A stretch of DNA of 64,000 nt from Hyalangium minutum (GCF_000737315.1 NZ_JMCB01000009.1:124001-188000); one strand, 5' to 3'; counted from the stretch's first letter, positions 47,236 through 59,960 are shown. The notes: a model not told the origin generated them from the letters alone. Translations and numbers: made by a program.

Positions 47236-47418
47236 GTTCGACTCCCCTCCCGGATACCCGGAGTGCCAAAAAAGTCACACAAAGTGTGAGTCACTTAGGA
47301 AACGAAGACCCTCCTCACGGGCCGGACTCGACCTGCGGAGGAGGTGCACTGCCCAAGCGCGGATGATCCAACACGTAGGGCTGACATCGCTTCGCCTGTT
47401 TACACTGCTTTTAAGATT

Positions 47419-48840
47419 TTACAGCGTCTTCAGATACTCGATCAGGGCCCGTCGTTGTCCATCCGACAGTTCATCACCAAAGATGTGGCCTTTGTTTGAG
47501 TACCCAGGAAGCGACGTGTCGTAGAGGCGCTTGCGGAGGGTGGCGTCGGGCTCGTCAGCCTTGCCGTGCGAGAGGACCTGGTGCTTCCACCCGAGCGACA
47601 CGGGATCCAGCGGCCCCTGGCTGACCGGGCGTAGCCAGTAGGTCGGGCGCTTGCGGCTGTCCAGCAGGGCCTCCACGGTAGGCACCGAGCCATTGTGCAG
47701 ATACGGCGCGGTGGCCCAGATGCCGTCCAGCGGCGGCGCCACGTAGCCGGGCCCCGGCACCAGTCGCGAGGTGCGTCCGTAGAACGAGCGGTTGAACCAC
47801 TCCACCAGGGGCAGTCCCTCGCGCGCGGTGGCCTGCCACAGGAGCGGATCCGTTCCCACCTCCTCGAGCGGGATGATGAGGTTGGGATAGGACTCCTGGG
47901 CGCCGTAGGTGCCGTGACACTCGGAGCAGAAGGCTTCGAAGACATCGTGGCCCTCGGCGGCCAGCTTGCGGTCGATGGGGAGCGGGTATGGGGGAGGCCG
48001 CAACGTGGACAAGTAGGCCCGCACGTCATCGAACTCCTGATCGATGCGCTCGGCCTCCTCCACGCTGTCGGTGCACAGCATCGAGGCGGACATCATCAGC
48101 CGAGCGTGATCGCCTCGGCCGATGCCTGTGTAGAACAGGCCGTGCTTCTTGCGCAGCAGCCACCATGGGGGCACGTCCGCGGGGACGGGCTCGCGTGGAG
48201 GCAGCGGTTGGAGCGGCGTCTCGGACCAGGCGAGCGTCTCCGGATCCCGGTGGGCCGCGAGCACCGCCGCGAGGTTGTCCGCGGAGTTCACGCCGAGGGT
48301 GTCCGGCTGCGTGTAAGGGCCCACGGCGCGGACCCGCGAGGACCAGCGCCACCACTCGGCCAGCTCGGCCCCATTCTTCGCCAGCAGGCCCGCGGCCGTC
48401 GCGAAGGTGGAAAAGTCCTCGGTGAGATCCAGCGACGCGTTGCCGAGCCCGATAAGGACACCGTCCCGCGTGGGGGTGGCGTGACAGCCGAGGCAATTGG
48501 CCGTCACCACCTCCACGCCTCGCGGCGTCTTCAGGGACGTGACGTCATAGGAGAGCTTCGCGTTGTGGCCTCGCCGCCCCTTCAGGCGCCGGCTCGGCGG
48601 TGCGTCGCCGAAGGCCATCCGGTAGATGGACCCCGGGACGCCACAGCTCACGTAACTCCCATTGACGAGGGTGTCATAGCCCGCCTTCGGATCGCCGGAG
48701 CGCTGGGGCTCGGCGGGGATGGAGAAGCGCTCCGAGCGTGCGGACGTTCCCATGGGCAGCGGGCCCCAAAAAGGCTCGGGAGGAGAGGCTTCGAGCACCA
48801 GGGCAAACAGGCCCGTCCAGAGCAGCGGAGGAAAACGCAT
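47419..48840 (-). CDS. Secreted di-heme c-type cytochrome, RoxA/MauG-like
   Basis: Two CxxCH motifs (CLGCH, CSECH) plus PPLDGIWATAPYLHNGSVPT; signal peptide from ATG 48840. Confidence 0.85.
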   Translation of the reverse strand: MRFPPLLWTGLFALVLEASPPEPFWGPLPMGTSARSERFSIPAEPQRSGDPKAGYDTLVNGSYVSCGVPGSIYRMAFGDAPPSRRLKGRRGHNAKLSYDVTSLKTPRGVEVVTANCLGCHATPTRDGVLIGLGNASLDLTEDFSTFATAAGLLAKNGAELAEWWRWSSRVRAVGPYTQPDTLGVNSADNLAAVLAAHRDPETLAWSETPLQPLPPREPVPADVPPWWLLRKKHGLFYTGIGRGDHARLMMSASMLCTDSVEEAERIDQEFDDVRAYLSTLRPPPYPLPIDRKLAAEGHDVFEAFCSECHGTYGAQESYPNLIIPLEEVGTDPLLWQATAREGLPLVEWFNRSFYGRTSRLVPGPGYVAPPLDGIWATAPYLHNGSVPTVEALLDSRKRPTYWLRPVSQGPLDPVSLGWKHQVLSHGKADEPDATLRKRLYDTSLPGYSNKGHIFGDELSDGQRRALIEYLKTL

Positions 48841-49076
48841 GCACAGCTCCACGATGCGCCGCTCCGTACCGCGAGCGGCCAGTCCAAGGAGCAAGGCTGC
48901 CGAAGGTGCCAGAGGCTCAGGCGCTCATGGCTCTGAGCGGTCGCGAACGGCCGCTGGACGGTCGTCCGAGTGGCCACCGAGTGAGGACCTGGACTTTCGG
49001 GAAGACCGGGGGAACTTGCTGGTTAGGGATGCCCAGACAACACTTTCAGCCCTCACCCTTGATTTTCAGGGATGAC

Positions 49077-50081
49077 ATGTTTTTAAGTATAGACCGTGAA
49101 TCTCAGGATCAACGCTTTCCTATGAGTCGCTCGGCCCTCCATCAATGGGCGGAGTCTTTCGCCGAGGCGCTGGTGCGCCGCGCCGCACAGCTGGGCGCGG
49201 GGCAGCCGCACGAGGATTCGGGGAGGCGCTCGAGAGAGATCCTCGCGCGGCTGCAGACGGCGGTGCTGCACTTCGAGTCCCTGTACTTCGGAGGCTCGGA
49301 TCTGAGCTGGGGCCGCGCCCGTGAGGAGGACGTAGTCGCCCTCCCCCGGCCTCCTGTGTCGTCCGGGCGCCTGGTCTGCGTTCCCTTCTCCCTCAACCAC
49401 CATCCGGATCTGCCCGATGCCTGGGATCATGGCGCGGGAGTGGCGCTGATCCACGACGAGGACGAGGCCGCGGCGATCAGCTTTGGCCGCGGGCGGCGGA
49501 CACTGTCTGTCTCCCGGAGCGAGGGCCAGGCCTACATCGGCTTTGGTGGGGACATGCGGCCCGTGGACGATGTGCCGGGGCTGGACACGCTGGCACCGCC
49601 TTCGCAGCGGGTGATGCACCCGTTCTGGGCGCTGTCGCGCTGCCTGCTGTCGTCCGATGGCTACGGCACCTGCTACCTAGAGGGTCACCGGGTCTCGGCG
49701 CGGGGCATGAGCCCCGAGTCGAACATCCTCTCGGTGTTCCGGCGCGAGTTGGGGCTGCACGTCGAGAACGAGTACGGCGAGTCCTCGTGGCATGACCACG
49801 TGCACTGCGCGCTGGCGGTGACGCCCGAGGCCCTGGATCGGTGGCGGAGGCTGCGAGATCCGGCGGTCCGCGCGGGGGTGGGCGATCCGTGCCCACTGTG
49901 CCGAGGCCGCTTGGAGGATCTGGACTCGCGCGAGCCAGGGATGGGGCTGGGCAAGGGGCTGGTCGCGGGAGGCTTCCTGCGGCTGCGCTGCGCCAGCTGC
50001 ACCACGATCTTCCGCACCTCGCGGCGGCGCTCGGTGGAACTCGAGATGCCGCGGATGCAGAGCCCGGACAAGGAGTTCTGA
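49077..50081 (+). CDS. Hypothetical protein with a C-terminal zinc ribbon
   Basis: Fills the gap between neighbouring genes; CPLC...CASC motifs; no family recognised. Confidence 0.55.
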   Translation: MFLSIDRESQDQRFPMSRSALHQWAESFAEALVRRAAQLGAGQPHEDSGRRSREILARLQTAVLHFESLYFGGSDLSWGRAREEDVVALPRPPVSSGRLVCVPFSLNHHPDLPDAWDHGAGVALIHDEDEAAAISFGRGRRTLSVSRSEGQAYIGFGGDMRPVDDVPGLDTLAPPSQRVMHPFWALSRCLLSSDGYGTCYLEGHRVSARGMSPESNILSVFRRELGLHVENEYGESSWHDHVHCALAVTPEALDRWRRLRDPAVRAGVGDPCPLCRGRLEDLDSREPGMGLGKGLVAGGFLRLRCASCTTIFRTSRRRSVELEMPRMQSPDKEF

Positions 50082-50102
50082 GCGGCCGCTGCGCGCGCGG
50101 AA

Positions 50103-52796
<2,694 letters not shown>

Positions 52797-52836
52797 GGTG
52801 TAAAACATAGTTGAAGTGCGACGATGTGTATGCCGC

Positions 52837-54135
52837 ATGGGCCCACCTCACACGCCGCCCGATCCAGCTGACCTCGAAGCGGATCCGCTCCTGGCGGAGA
52901 AGCGGGCCCTGGAGAAGCGTGTCCGCGAGCTGGAGGCCAAGGCGCGAAGCCTGGACGCCATCAACCGTTTGGCCGCATCGCTGCTGCAGCCGCAGACGGA
53001 CGTGGACGACATCCTGTGGGACGTGGCGCAGGGAGTGGTGGCGCACCTGGGGCTGGAGGACTGCGTCATCTATCTGTTCGACGAGCAGCGCGAGTACCTC
53101 GTCCAGCGAGCGGCCTACGGCCCGAAGAACCCACAGCAGCGGGAGATCCTGGCGCCCATCCGCATCAAGGTGGGGGCGGGCATCGTGGGGACGGTGTCGC
53201 TGACGGGGCGTCCAGAGCTGATCCCGGATACGCGGAAGGACTCGCGCTACATCCAGGATGATCAAGCGCGGCTGTCGGAGCTGGCGGTGCCGATCTACTC
53301 CCAGGAGCAGGTGATCGGGGTGATGGACTCGGAGCACTCGCAGGAGGGCTTCTTCACTCAAGAGCACCTGCACATCTTCACGACGGTGGCGACGATGATG
53401 GCGGCGCGGGTGGTGCGTGCGGAGCTGGACGCGCAGCTACGGGATGCGAACCGGCTGCTGGAGGCGCGCATCACGGAGCGAACCCGCGAGCTGTCCGAGG
53501 CCACCCAGCGCTCCGAGCTGCTGCTGCGCAACATCCTCCCCCACCCCATCGTCGAGCGCCTCAAGCGGGGCGAGCATGCGATTGCGGAGCGCTTCGACGA
53601 GGTGACGGTGATGTTCGCGGACCTGGTGGACTTCACGCGCTGGTCCACGCTGTTGTCACCGGAGCACGTGGTGGAGGTGCTGGGGCAGGTGTTCACGGAG
53701 TTCGACGCCGTGACGGAGCGCTACGGGCTGGAGAAGATCAAGACGATCGGGGACTCGTACATGGTGGTGGCGGGTTTGCCGTCGCCGCGGCCGGATCACC
53801 GGGAGGTGATGGCGATCATGGCGTTGGCGTTCGTGGACGCCATCCAGCGGCTGAACGTGACGCTGAAGACGTCGCTGGACGTGCGGATCGGCATGCACTG
53901 TGGACCGGTGGTGGCGGGCATCATCGGCACACGGAAGTTCGCCTACGACTTGTGGGGGGACACGGTGAACATGGCCAGCCGGTTGGAGTCCCACGGCGTG
54001 CCTGGACGTATCCACGTGAGCGAAGCCATCTGGCAGGCGCTCAACGACCGATTCGCCTTCGAGCCCCGCGGGGAGATCGAAGTGAAGAGCATCGGCAAGG
54101 TGAAGACCTGGCTGCTCACGGGCCTTCGCGAGTGA
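52837..54135 (+). CDS. GAF-domain adenylate cyclase (class III)
   Basis: GAF domain (GIVGTV..TG...I.D...D.RY, SELAVP); FADLVDFT, KTIGD and YDLWGDTVNMASR carry the ATP-specifying K/D residues. Confidence 0.92.
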   Translation: MGPPHTPPDPADLEADPLLAEKRALEKRVRELEAKARSLDAINRLAASLLQPQTDVDDILWDVAQGVVAHLGLEDCVIYLFDEQREYLVQRAAYGPKNPQQREILAPIRIKVGAGIVGTVSLTGRPELIPDTRKDSRYIQDDQARLSELAVPIYSQEQVIGVMDSEHSQEGFFTQEHLHIFTTVATMMAARVVRAELDAQLRDANRLLEARITERTRELSEATQRSELLLRNILPHPIVERLKRGEHAIAERFDEVTVMFADLVDFTRWSTLLSPEHVVEVLGQVFTEFDAVTERYGLEKIKTIGDSYMVVAGLPSPRPDHREVMAIMALAFVDAIQRLNVTLKTSLDVRIGMHCGPVVAGIIGTRKFAYDLWGDTVNMASRLESHGVPGRIHVSEAIWQALNDRFAFEPRGEIEVKSIGKVKTWLLTGLRE

Positions 54136-54143
54136 CGCGTATA

Positions 54144-55250
54144 ATGATTCCCTCGTCTCAGTCCATTCAGGCGCACAAGAGCGCTATCTGGTCCATCTGC
54201 GCATCCCCCTCGGGCCTTATCGTGACCGCGGGCGGCGATGGGTTGCTCAAGTCATGGAACGTCGAGGCAAGTACCGGCAGGTTCCTTCCGCTCGCGGAGG
54301 TCATCACTCCGCACGCAGAGACATTGCTGGTCCATCAAAGCCCCCGCGGCGTCCTGCTCTCCGCAGGCCACGAGGGAGGAGTCGCTGTCTGGGAGATGGA
54401 TCCAGCCTCGGGTAAACTGGAGCAGCGACAGCAACTCAAGCTCCCCGATGATCGCGACCACTACAATGATCGCATGCTCGAAACCCATTCGGGCTATCTC
54501 CTTGCATGGGCGAGCGGAACGGCGGGACTCCCTGCTCTGTGCCGATGGTCCGAAACGGAGCGAGCCTTCTTTTTCCACCAGCAATTGCCCATCGAGCGGG
54601 CATCTACTTTCTTGGAGCTGCCGGACGGGTCGTTGTTGTCGGGTGATTCCACGGGCCAGATTTGCAGCTGGCGCCCAGACCAGTCTTCTGGAGGCTGGCA
54701 AAAGGCGGGAGCCCTGCAGGCTCATGAGGGCCCGATTCATGCGCTTGCCAACCTCCGGAACGGGGGCCTGATCTCAGCGGGTGGACATGAGCCACAGCTC
54801 AAGGTCTGGAGAGGTCATCTCGGCTCGGAGAAGTGGGAGCTCGTTCAAGTTCTCAGCGAGCATCACAGCCAGATCGTTGAGGTCATGAGCTGTGGCCCCG
54901 CGGAGTTCCTGTCGTCCGACCGGGGAGAGCGGTCTCTGCTCGGATGGCGACGCCAGCCAGAAGTGCTCGTGTGGAGCATGGCGACAGACAAGCCAAGCCT
55001 TATTCAACGGCAGAATGGCCGGCTCCGCGGTTGCATCGAGGGCGCTTTGCTCTTGGAAGACGATGGAGCATCCGCACTCAGCCTATGGCGCAAGTCCGAG
55101 GGCGCCTACAAGCGGACCACGGTGCTCGATGAGAGCAAGCGCGGCAACATGAGCGCCTTTGTCCTGTTACCTGAAGGAACACTCATCGCTGGTGGATGGG
55201 ATGGACGCCTCATTTCCTGGAAGCTTGAGGCTGGAGAATCGACGTCATGA
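54144..55250 (+). CDS. WD40-repeat protein
   Basis: AHKSAIWSI..TAGGDGLLKSW, AHEGPIHAL..SAGGHEPQLKVW, AGGWDGRLISW; AT-richer DNA. Confidence 0.8.
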   Translation: MIPSSQSIQAHKSAIWSICASPSGLIVTAGGDGLLKSWNVEASTGRFLPLAEVITPHAETLLVHQSPRGVLLSAGHEGGVAVWEMDPASGKLEQRQQLKLPDDRDHYNDRMLETHSGYLLAWASGTAGLPALCRWSETERAFFFHQQLPIERASTFLELPDGSLLSGDSTGQICSWRPDQSSGGWQKAGALQAHEGPIHALANLRNGGLISAGGHEPQLKVWRGHLGSEKWELVQVLSEHHSQIVEVMSCGPAEFLSSDRGERSLLGWRRQPEVLVWSMATDKPSLIQRQNGRLRGCIEGALLLEDDGASALSLWRKSEGAYKRTTVLDESKRGNMSAFVLLPEGTLIAGGWDGRLISWKLEAGESTS

Positions 55251-56086
55251 TCTCACGTCGAGACCTCTTGATGTGGGCCGGACTGGGCACCACAAACCTA
55301 CTGGGCACGGGGTGTTCTCCAGCCAGAGTCACGAGCGAAGCACCTGCTCGATTCATGCAAGGCCACGATGAACTGGATGCGCCAGTTCCAGCTGCATTCC
55401 TTCTTTCCGTGGATCCCTCGGGCTTGATCCACGTAGCGACACGCCGAGGGCAGAGCATGGGTGAGTTCAAGTCCACTCTCCCCAACGCAACGTTGCGGCA
55501 TAGACAGAGTGCGCTCCAGCCCGACTCTGGCCGTCAGTCCTTCAATCCAGCAGTCCTCCTCTCCGATGTTCCTCCTCCGTTACAACCCATTGCCCGCCAC
55601 CCGCTGCGTCACGCTCAATCCCTGAACGATCCTTATATTTTGGATTTGATTGCCACGCTCGACTCCTATCCACGTTTCGGACTGCGCTCCGCGCCACAGG
55701 AGCAGCGAATCGAGTTGGCTTCAGATGTCAAAGTCAAGATCCCCGGTTATTTCATCCGCATCAGCTTTGAAAAGCACTACGTTGGGGGATGCGTCAAACG
55801 TGACTCGTGGCACGCAGGCGTGCTGCTCCGCGACCTGGCGAGCAACACCTTGCTTTTCGATCTTCATGTCGCATTCTGGTGGGAGCAGTGGCGTCCGTGC
55901 TTCGCCATCTACGAAAGCGCGAACGGTTTCTGCAGGAATGTCTGCGACCAGCTGAGTTGGAAAGCCTTGATTGTTGTCATCTACGCTGCACTCGCCGTGA
56001 CACTGGCGGCTTGGGTGGCGGAGGCCTTCGCAGCTGCGATTGCGGCCGCGCTCCTCGGTATGGCGCTCGTCCTGAGCCCGGTCTGA
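55247..56086 (+). CDS. Tat-exported (lipo)protein with a 4-Cys domain and hydrophobic C-terminal tail
   Basis: SRRDLL twin-arginine motif, LLGTGC lipobox-like, ~42-aa apolar C-terminus; ATGA overlap with the WD40 gene. Confidence 0.7.
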   Translation: MISRRDLLMWAGLGTTNLLGTGCSPARVTSEAPARFMQGHDELDAPVPAAFLLSVDPSGLIHVATRRGQSMGEFKSTLPNATLRHRQSALQPDSGRQSFNPAVLLSDVPPPLQPIARHPLRHAQSLNDPYILDLIATLDSYPRFGLRSAPQEQRIELASDVKVKIPGYFIRISFEKHYVGGCVKRDSWHAGVLLRDLASNTLLFDLHVAFWWEQWRPCFAIYESANGFCRNVCDQLSWKALIVVIYAALAVTLAAWVAEAFAAAIAAALLGMALVLSPV

Positions 56087-56143
56087 TGATCGCTCCCGTG
56101 AGCATCGACACCCGATCCGTCGGGCGGTAACCTGCCCGCGCCC

Positions 56144-57652
56144 ATGCGACGCCTCTCGCTTGCTTCGCTGCTGCTCGCGGCCCTCGCGCTTTCGGGGTGC
56201 CCACGCGCCACGCGCCCGAACGATGCCTCTGCCTCGTCCTCCCGCTCCTTCGCCCAGACCGCCGAGGATCTCTTCTCCTCCCTTGAAGAGGAGGGCGCCC
56301 TGACGAGCGTCATCGTCCTCGACGCCAAGACGGGCGAGCCCCTCTATGCGCACCGCGAGCACTCCCGCTCGCTGCCTGCCTCGACGATGAAGATCGTCGC
56401 CACCTCCGCGGTGCTCTCGGCCCTCGGCGCGGACTTCCGCTTCCGCACCCCCGTAGCCCTGGAAGGCAAGCACCAAGGGGACACCTTCGAGGGCAACCTC
56501 GTGGTGGAGGCCTCCGGAGATCCTTCACTGGGTTCGTGGCGCTTCCCCGAGACTGAGATGGCCTGCGACCAGATCGCCGAGGCGATGTGGGGCCGGGGCA
56601 TCCGCAAGTGGCGGGGTGCGCTCCAAGTGAAGGCTCCAGACACAGGCCTGGATGGGCCGCTGGGCCCTGGATGGGCCTGGGATGACGTCGCTTACTCCAT
56701 GAGCGCCGCGCCCATGCCCTTCGTCTTCCGCGAGAACGTGGTCGATGTCTCCCTCCTGCGCGCTGATGGAGCCCCCTGCTCGGCTCAGCCCTCCCTCCAG
56801 CTGTCGCCCCGCTTTGCTCCCTTCCCTACTCTCGTCCAGATCGATACCAGCGGCCGGTCCGGCTTCGCGTGTCTCCGCGATCACAACCCCTCGCGCGTGC
56901 GCTGCGTGTGGCGCTCCTCCGCCAACCAGTGCCCACGCGCCTACTCGACCCGCCTCTCCATCGACGATCCCCAAGCCCTCTTCACCGCCTGTGTCGAGGA
57001 TGCCCTCACCCGGCGTGGCCTCGAACATGTCCCAGCAGCCGCTCCTGCTCGCGAGCCCGCCCCCGCAGCCGCCAAGCCCACAAGCCAGAGCCTCCTCGAG
57101 CTCATCAGCCCTCCGCTCTCGGAGCTCGTGAAGGCGACAAACAAGGAGTCCCTCAACCTCTACGCCGAGCGTCTGGCCCTGCGCTTCACACGCGAGCGCG
57201 GTGGTGGCGAGCGCTATGCCGATCTGCGCAAGCTCTTGGGCGAAGAGCTGACACGGCGCGGCATCTCGGGGCGCGATCTGCGGCCCATCGATGGCAGCGG
57301 CCTCTCCCGGTACAACCTCGCCACGGCCTTCGGCCTCGCGCGAGTGCTCTACACCAGCCTCCAGGAGCCCTACGCGGACACCCTCCTGGAGAGCCTACCC
57401 ATCGCGGGAGTGGATGGAACCCTCGCGGCCAGTGGAACCTCCGCCCAGACCGTGGGCCGCATCCGCGCCAAGACGGGCACCCTGTCCAGCCAGAAGGCCT
57501 ACGTCGGCGTCGTCGAGCGCCCGGATGACGCGGAGCATCCTCGCGTCGTCTTCTCCCTGATGCTCGGCAACATGGACGAACAGCCCGCGCTCTCGGCGGG
57601 CGCCGTCTTCGATCGCTTCGCTGAAGCCCTCGTGACGCAGCCGCTGCGCTGA
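56144..57652 (+). CDS. dacB: D-alanyl-D-alanine carboxypeptidase/endopeptidase (peptidase S13, PBP4)
   Basis: PASTMK (SxxK), ESLNLYAE (SxN), DGSGLSR.N, AKTGTL; lipobox LSGC. Confidence 0.9.
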   Translation: MRRLSLASLLLAALALSGCPRATRPNDASASSSRSFAQTAEDLFSSLEEEGALTSVIVLDAKTGEPLYAHREHSRSLPASTMKIVATSAVLSALGADFRFRTPVALEGKHQGDTFEGNLVVEASGDPSLGSWRFPETEMACDQIAEAMWGRGIRKWRGALQVKAPDTGLDGPLGPGWAWDDVAYSMSAAPMPFVFRENVVDVSLLRADGAPCSAQPSLQLSPRFAPFPTLVQIDTSGRSGFACLRDHNPSRVRCVWRSSANQCPRAYSTRLSIDDPQALFTACVEDALTRRGLEHVPAAAPAREPAPAAAKPTSQSLLELISPPLSELVKATNKESLNLYAERLALRFTRERGGGERYADLRKLLGEELTRRGISGRDLRPIDGSGLSRYNLATAFGLARVLYTSLQEPYADTLLESLPIAGVDGTLAASGTSAQTVGRIRAKTGTLSSQKAYVGVVERPDDAEHPRVVFSLMLGNMDEQPALSAGAVFDRFAEALVTQPLR

Positions 57653-57747
57653 GCGGCAGTGAACACTCGCCTGCTCGGGAAGAGATGAGGCGTGAGAGTG
57701 TTGTGGCCCCCCGGAGCCACCGCCCCACCCCTTTCTCGAGGTGCTGA

Positions 57748-59916
57748 TTGAAGCTCAAGCCCGCGCTGACCGCGCTCTCGCTGCTGCTGCCCCTGTCTTC
57801 CCTGGCTGGCAAGGCCACCGTGATCCCACCCGTGGCGGAGAAGAAGGCCGTCGAGGACGCCTACCACGACACCCAGGTGCAGGACCCCTACCGGTGGATG
57901 GAGTCCTCCTCCGATCCCAAGGTGCAGGAGTGGACCCAAGGCCAGAACCAATACACGCGGTCCATGCTGGACAAGCTGCCCGGCCGTGACGCCATCCGCC
58001 AGCGCGTCACCGAGCTGCTCACCTGGCAGTCCCCCGCCCACTTCGCGCTGACGAAGGTGGGCTCGACCCTCTTCGCCATGAAGTCCCAGCCGCCCAAGCA
58101 GCAGCCCATGCTGGTGACGCTCGGCTCGCTGAATGACACCACGAGCGAGCGCGTCCTCGTAGACCCGATGGCGGTGGACCCCTCCGGGAAGACGGCCATC
58201 GACTTCTTCGTCCCGTCCCCCGACGGAAAGCGGGTGGCGGTATCCCTGTCGAAGGATGGAACCGAGAGCGGCGACGTCTCCATCTACGACGTGACCACCG
58301 GCCAGGCGCTGCCCAACGAGGTGGTGCCCCGGGTGAACGGTGGTACCGCGGGCGGCAGCCTCGCCTGGACGGGAGACGGCAAGGGCTACTTCTACACCCG
58401 CTACCCCCGCGGCACGGAGCGCGCGGCGGAGGACATGAACTTCTACCAGCAGGTGTACTACCACGCGGTGGGCACGCCGACGGAGAAGGACACCTACGCC
58501 CTGGGCAAGGACTTCCCGCGCATCGCGATGTCCTCCCTCGATACCTCCCATGACGGCAAGTACATCATCAACCGCGTGGCCAACGGGGACGGCGGCGAGT
58601 TCATGCTGTACCTGTACGGGCCCTCGGGGCAGTGGCAGCAGGTGTCGCGCTTCGAGGACAAGGTGGTGGCGGCCCGTTTTGGCCACGACGGCGCGCTGTA
58701 CCTGAAGTCGCTGAAGGACGCGCCTCGAGGCAAGCTGCTGCGGCTGCCTCTGAGCACGCCGTCACTGGGTAAGGCCACGGTGGTGGTCCCCGAGGGCAAG
58801 GCCACGCTCATGGGCTTCCTGCCCACCCAGGGACGCATCTACATCACCGAGCAGCTCGGCGGCCCGTCGCAATTGCGCAGCGTGGACCTGAAGGGCCAGG
58901 ACCTGGGCTTGGTGCCCACGCTGCCGGTGTCCACCGTGGGAGGGCTGGAGAGCGAGAGCGGGGATGACATCCTCTTCGCCAACTCCAGCTACGTGGAGCC
59001 GATGGCGTGGTACCGCTACTCGGCGAAGGACGGCAAGGTGACGAAGACAGCGCTGGCGCAGACCTCGCCAGCGGACTTCAGCGACATCGAGGTGATCCGC
59101 GCCGAGGCCACCTCGAAGGACGGCACGAAGGTGCCGCTGACGATCCTCAAGCCCAAGGGCGTGAAGCTCAACGGCACCAACCCCACCCTGCTGACGGGCT
59201 ACGGCGGCTTCAACATCTCCATCACCCCGGGCTTCAACAAGCTGAGCCGCGCATGGCTCGAGCAGGGCGGCGTCATCGCGATCGCCAACCTGCGCGGCGG
59301 CTCGGAGTTCGGCGAGGAGTGGCACGCCAACGGCTCGCTGACGAAGAAGCAGAACGTGTTCGATGACTTCTACGCCTGCGCGAAGCTGCTGGTGGATCAG
59401 AAGTACACGCAGCCGAAGAAGCTGGCCATCCAGGGCGGCAGCAATGGCGGCCTGCTCATGGGCGCGGCGCTGACGCAGCACCCGGAGGCGTACGGGGCCG
59501 TCGTGGCGCGCGTGGGCATCTACGACATGCTCCGGGTGGAGCAGACGCCCAACGGCCAGTTCAACACCACCGAGTACGGCACGGTGAAGAACCCGGAGCA
59601 GTTCCAGGCGCTCTACGCGTACTCGCCCTACCACCACGTGAAGGACGGCACGAAGTACCCGCCGGTGATGTTCACCTCGGGGGCGAACGATCCGCGCGTG
59701 GATCCGTTCCACTCGCGCAAGATGGTGGCGCGGATGCAAGCGGCCACGGGCGGCAAGGGCCGCATCTTCCTGCGCGCGGCCGGAGGCGGCCACGGCATGG
59801 GCACGCCCCTGTCGGACCGCATCGAGGAGGAGGTGGACGTCTACGCCTTCGTCTTCAACGAGCTGGGCATCAAGTACCAGCCGGTGAAGCAGGTCTCCTC
59901 GCCGAAGGCCAAGTGA
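57748..59916 (+). CDS. Prolyl oligopeptidase (S9A), secreted
   Basis: DPYRWME, GYGGF, ANLRGGSEFGEEWH, GGSNGG, DPRV, GHG. Confidence 0.93.
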   Translation: MKLKPALTALSLLLPLSSLAGKATVIPPVAEKKAVEDAYHDTQVQDPYRWMESSSDPKVQEWTQGQNQYTRSMLDKLPGRDAIRQRVTELLTWQSPAHFALTKVGSTLFAMKSQPPKQQPMLVTLGSLNDTTSERVLVDPMAVDPSGKTAIDFFVPSPDGKRVAVSLSKDGTESGDVSIYDVTTGQALPNEVVPRVNGGTAGGSLAWTGDGKGYFYTRYPRGTERAAEDMNFYQQVYYHAVGTPTEKDTYALGKDFPRIAMSSLDTSHDGKYIINRVANGDGGEFMLYLYGPSGQWQQVSRFEDKVVAARFGHDGALYLKSLKDAPRGKLLRLPLSTPSLGKATVVVPEGKATLMGFLPTQGRIYITEQLGGPSQLRSVDLKGQDLGLVPTLPVSTVGGLESESGDDILFANSSYVEPMAWYRYSAKDGKVTKTALAQTSPADFSDIEVIRAEATSKDGTKVPLTILKPKGVKLNGTNPTLLTGYGGFNISITPGFNKLSRAWLEQGGVIAIANLRGGSEFGEEWHANGSLTKKQNVFDDFYACAKLLVDQKYTQPKKLAIQGGSNGGLLMGAALTQHPEAYGAVVARVGIYDMLRVEQTPNGQFNTTEYGTVKNPEQFQALYAYSPYHHVKDGTKYPPVMFTSGANDPRVDPFHSRKMVARMQAATGGKGRIFLRAAGGGHGMGTPLSDRIEEEVDVYAFVFNELGIKYQPVKQVSSPKAK

Positions 59917-59930
59917 GGAAGGAACGAACG

Positions 59931-59960
59931 GAGGCCGCCGGGTGGAAGCTCGGCGGCCTC
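59931..59960 (+). terminator. Hairpin after the prolyl oligopeptidase gene
   Basis: GAGGCCGCCGGG-tggaag-CTCGGCGGCCTC, followed by a weak T tract. Confidence 0.55.

Noticed and set aside
49041-49056. TTTCAGCCCTCA shared with the spacer of the 30755-30820 hairpin
   Set aside because: 12-mer matches are expected by chance in 64 kb and no flanking arms are present.
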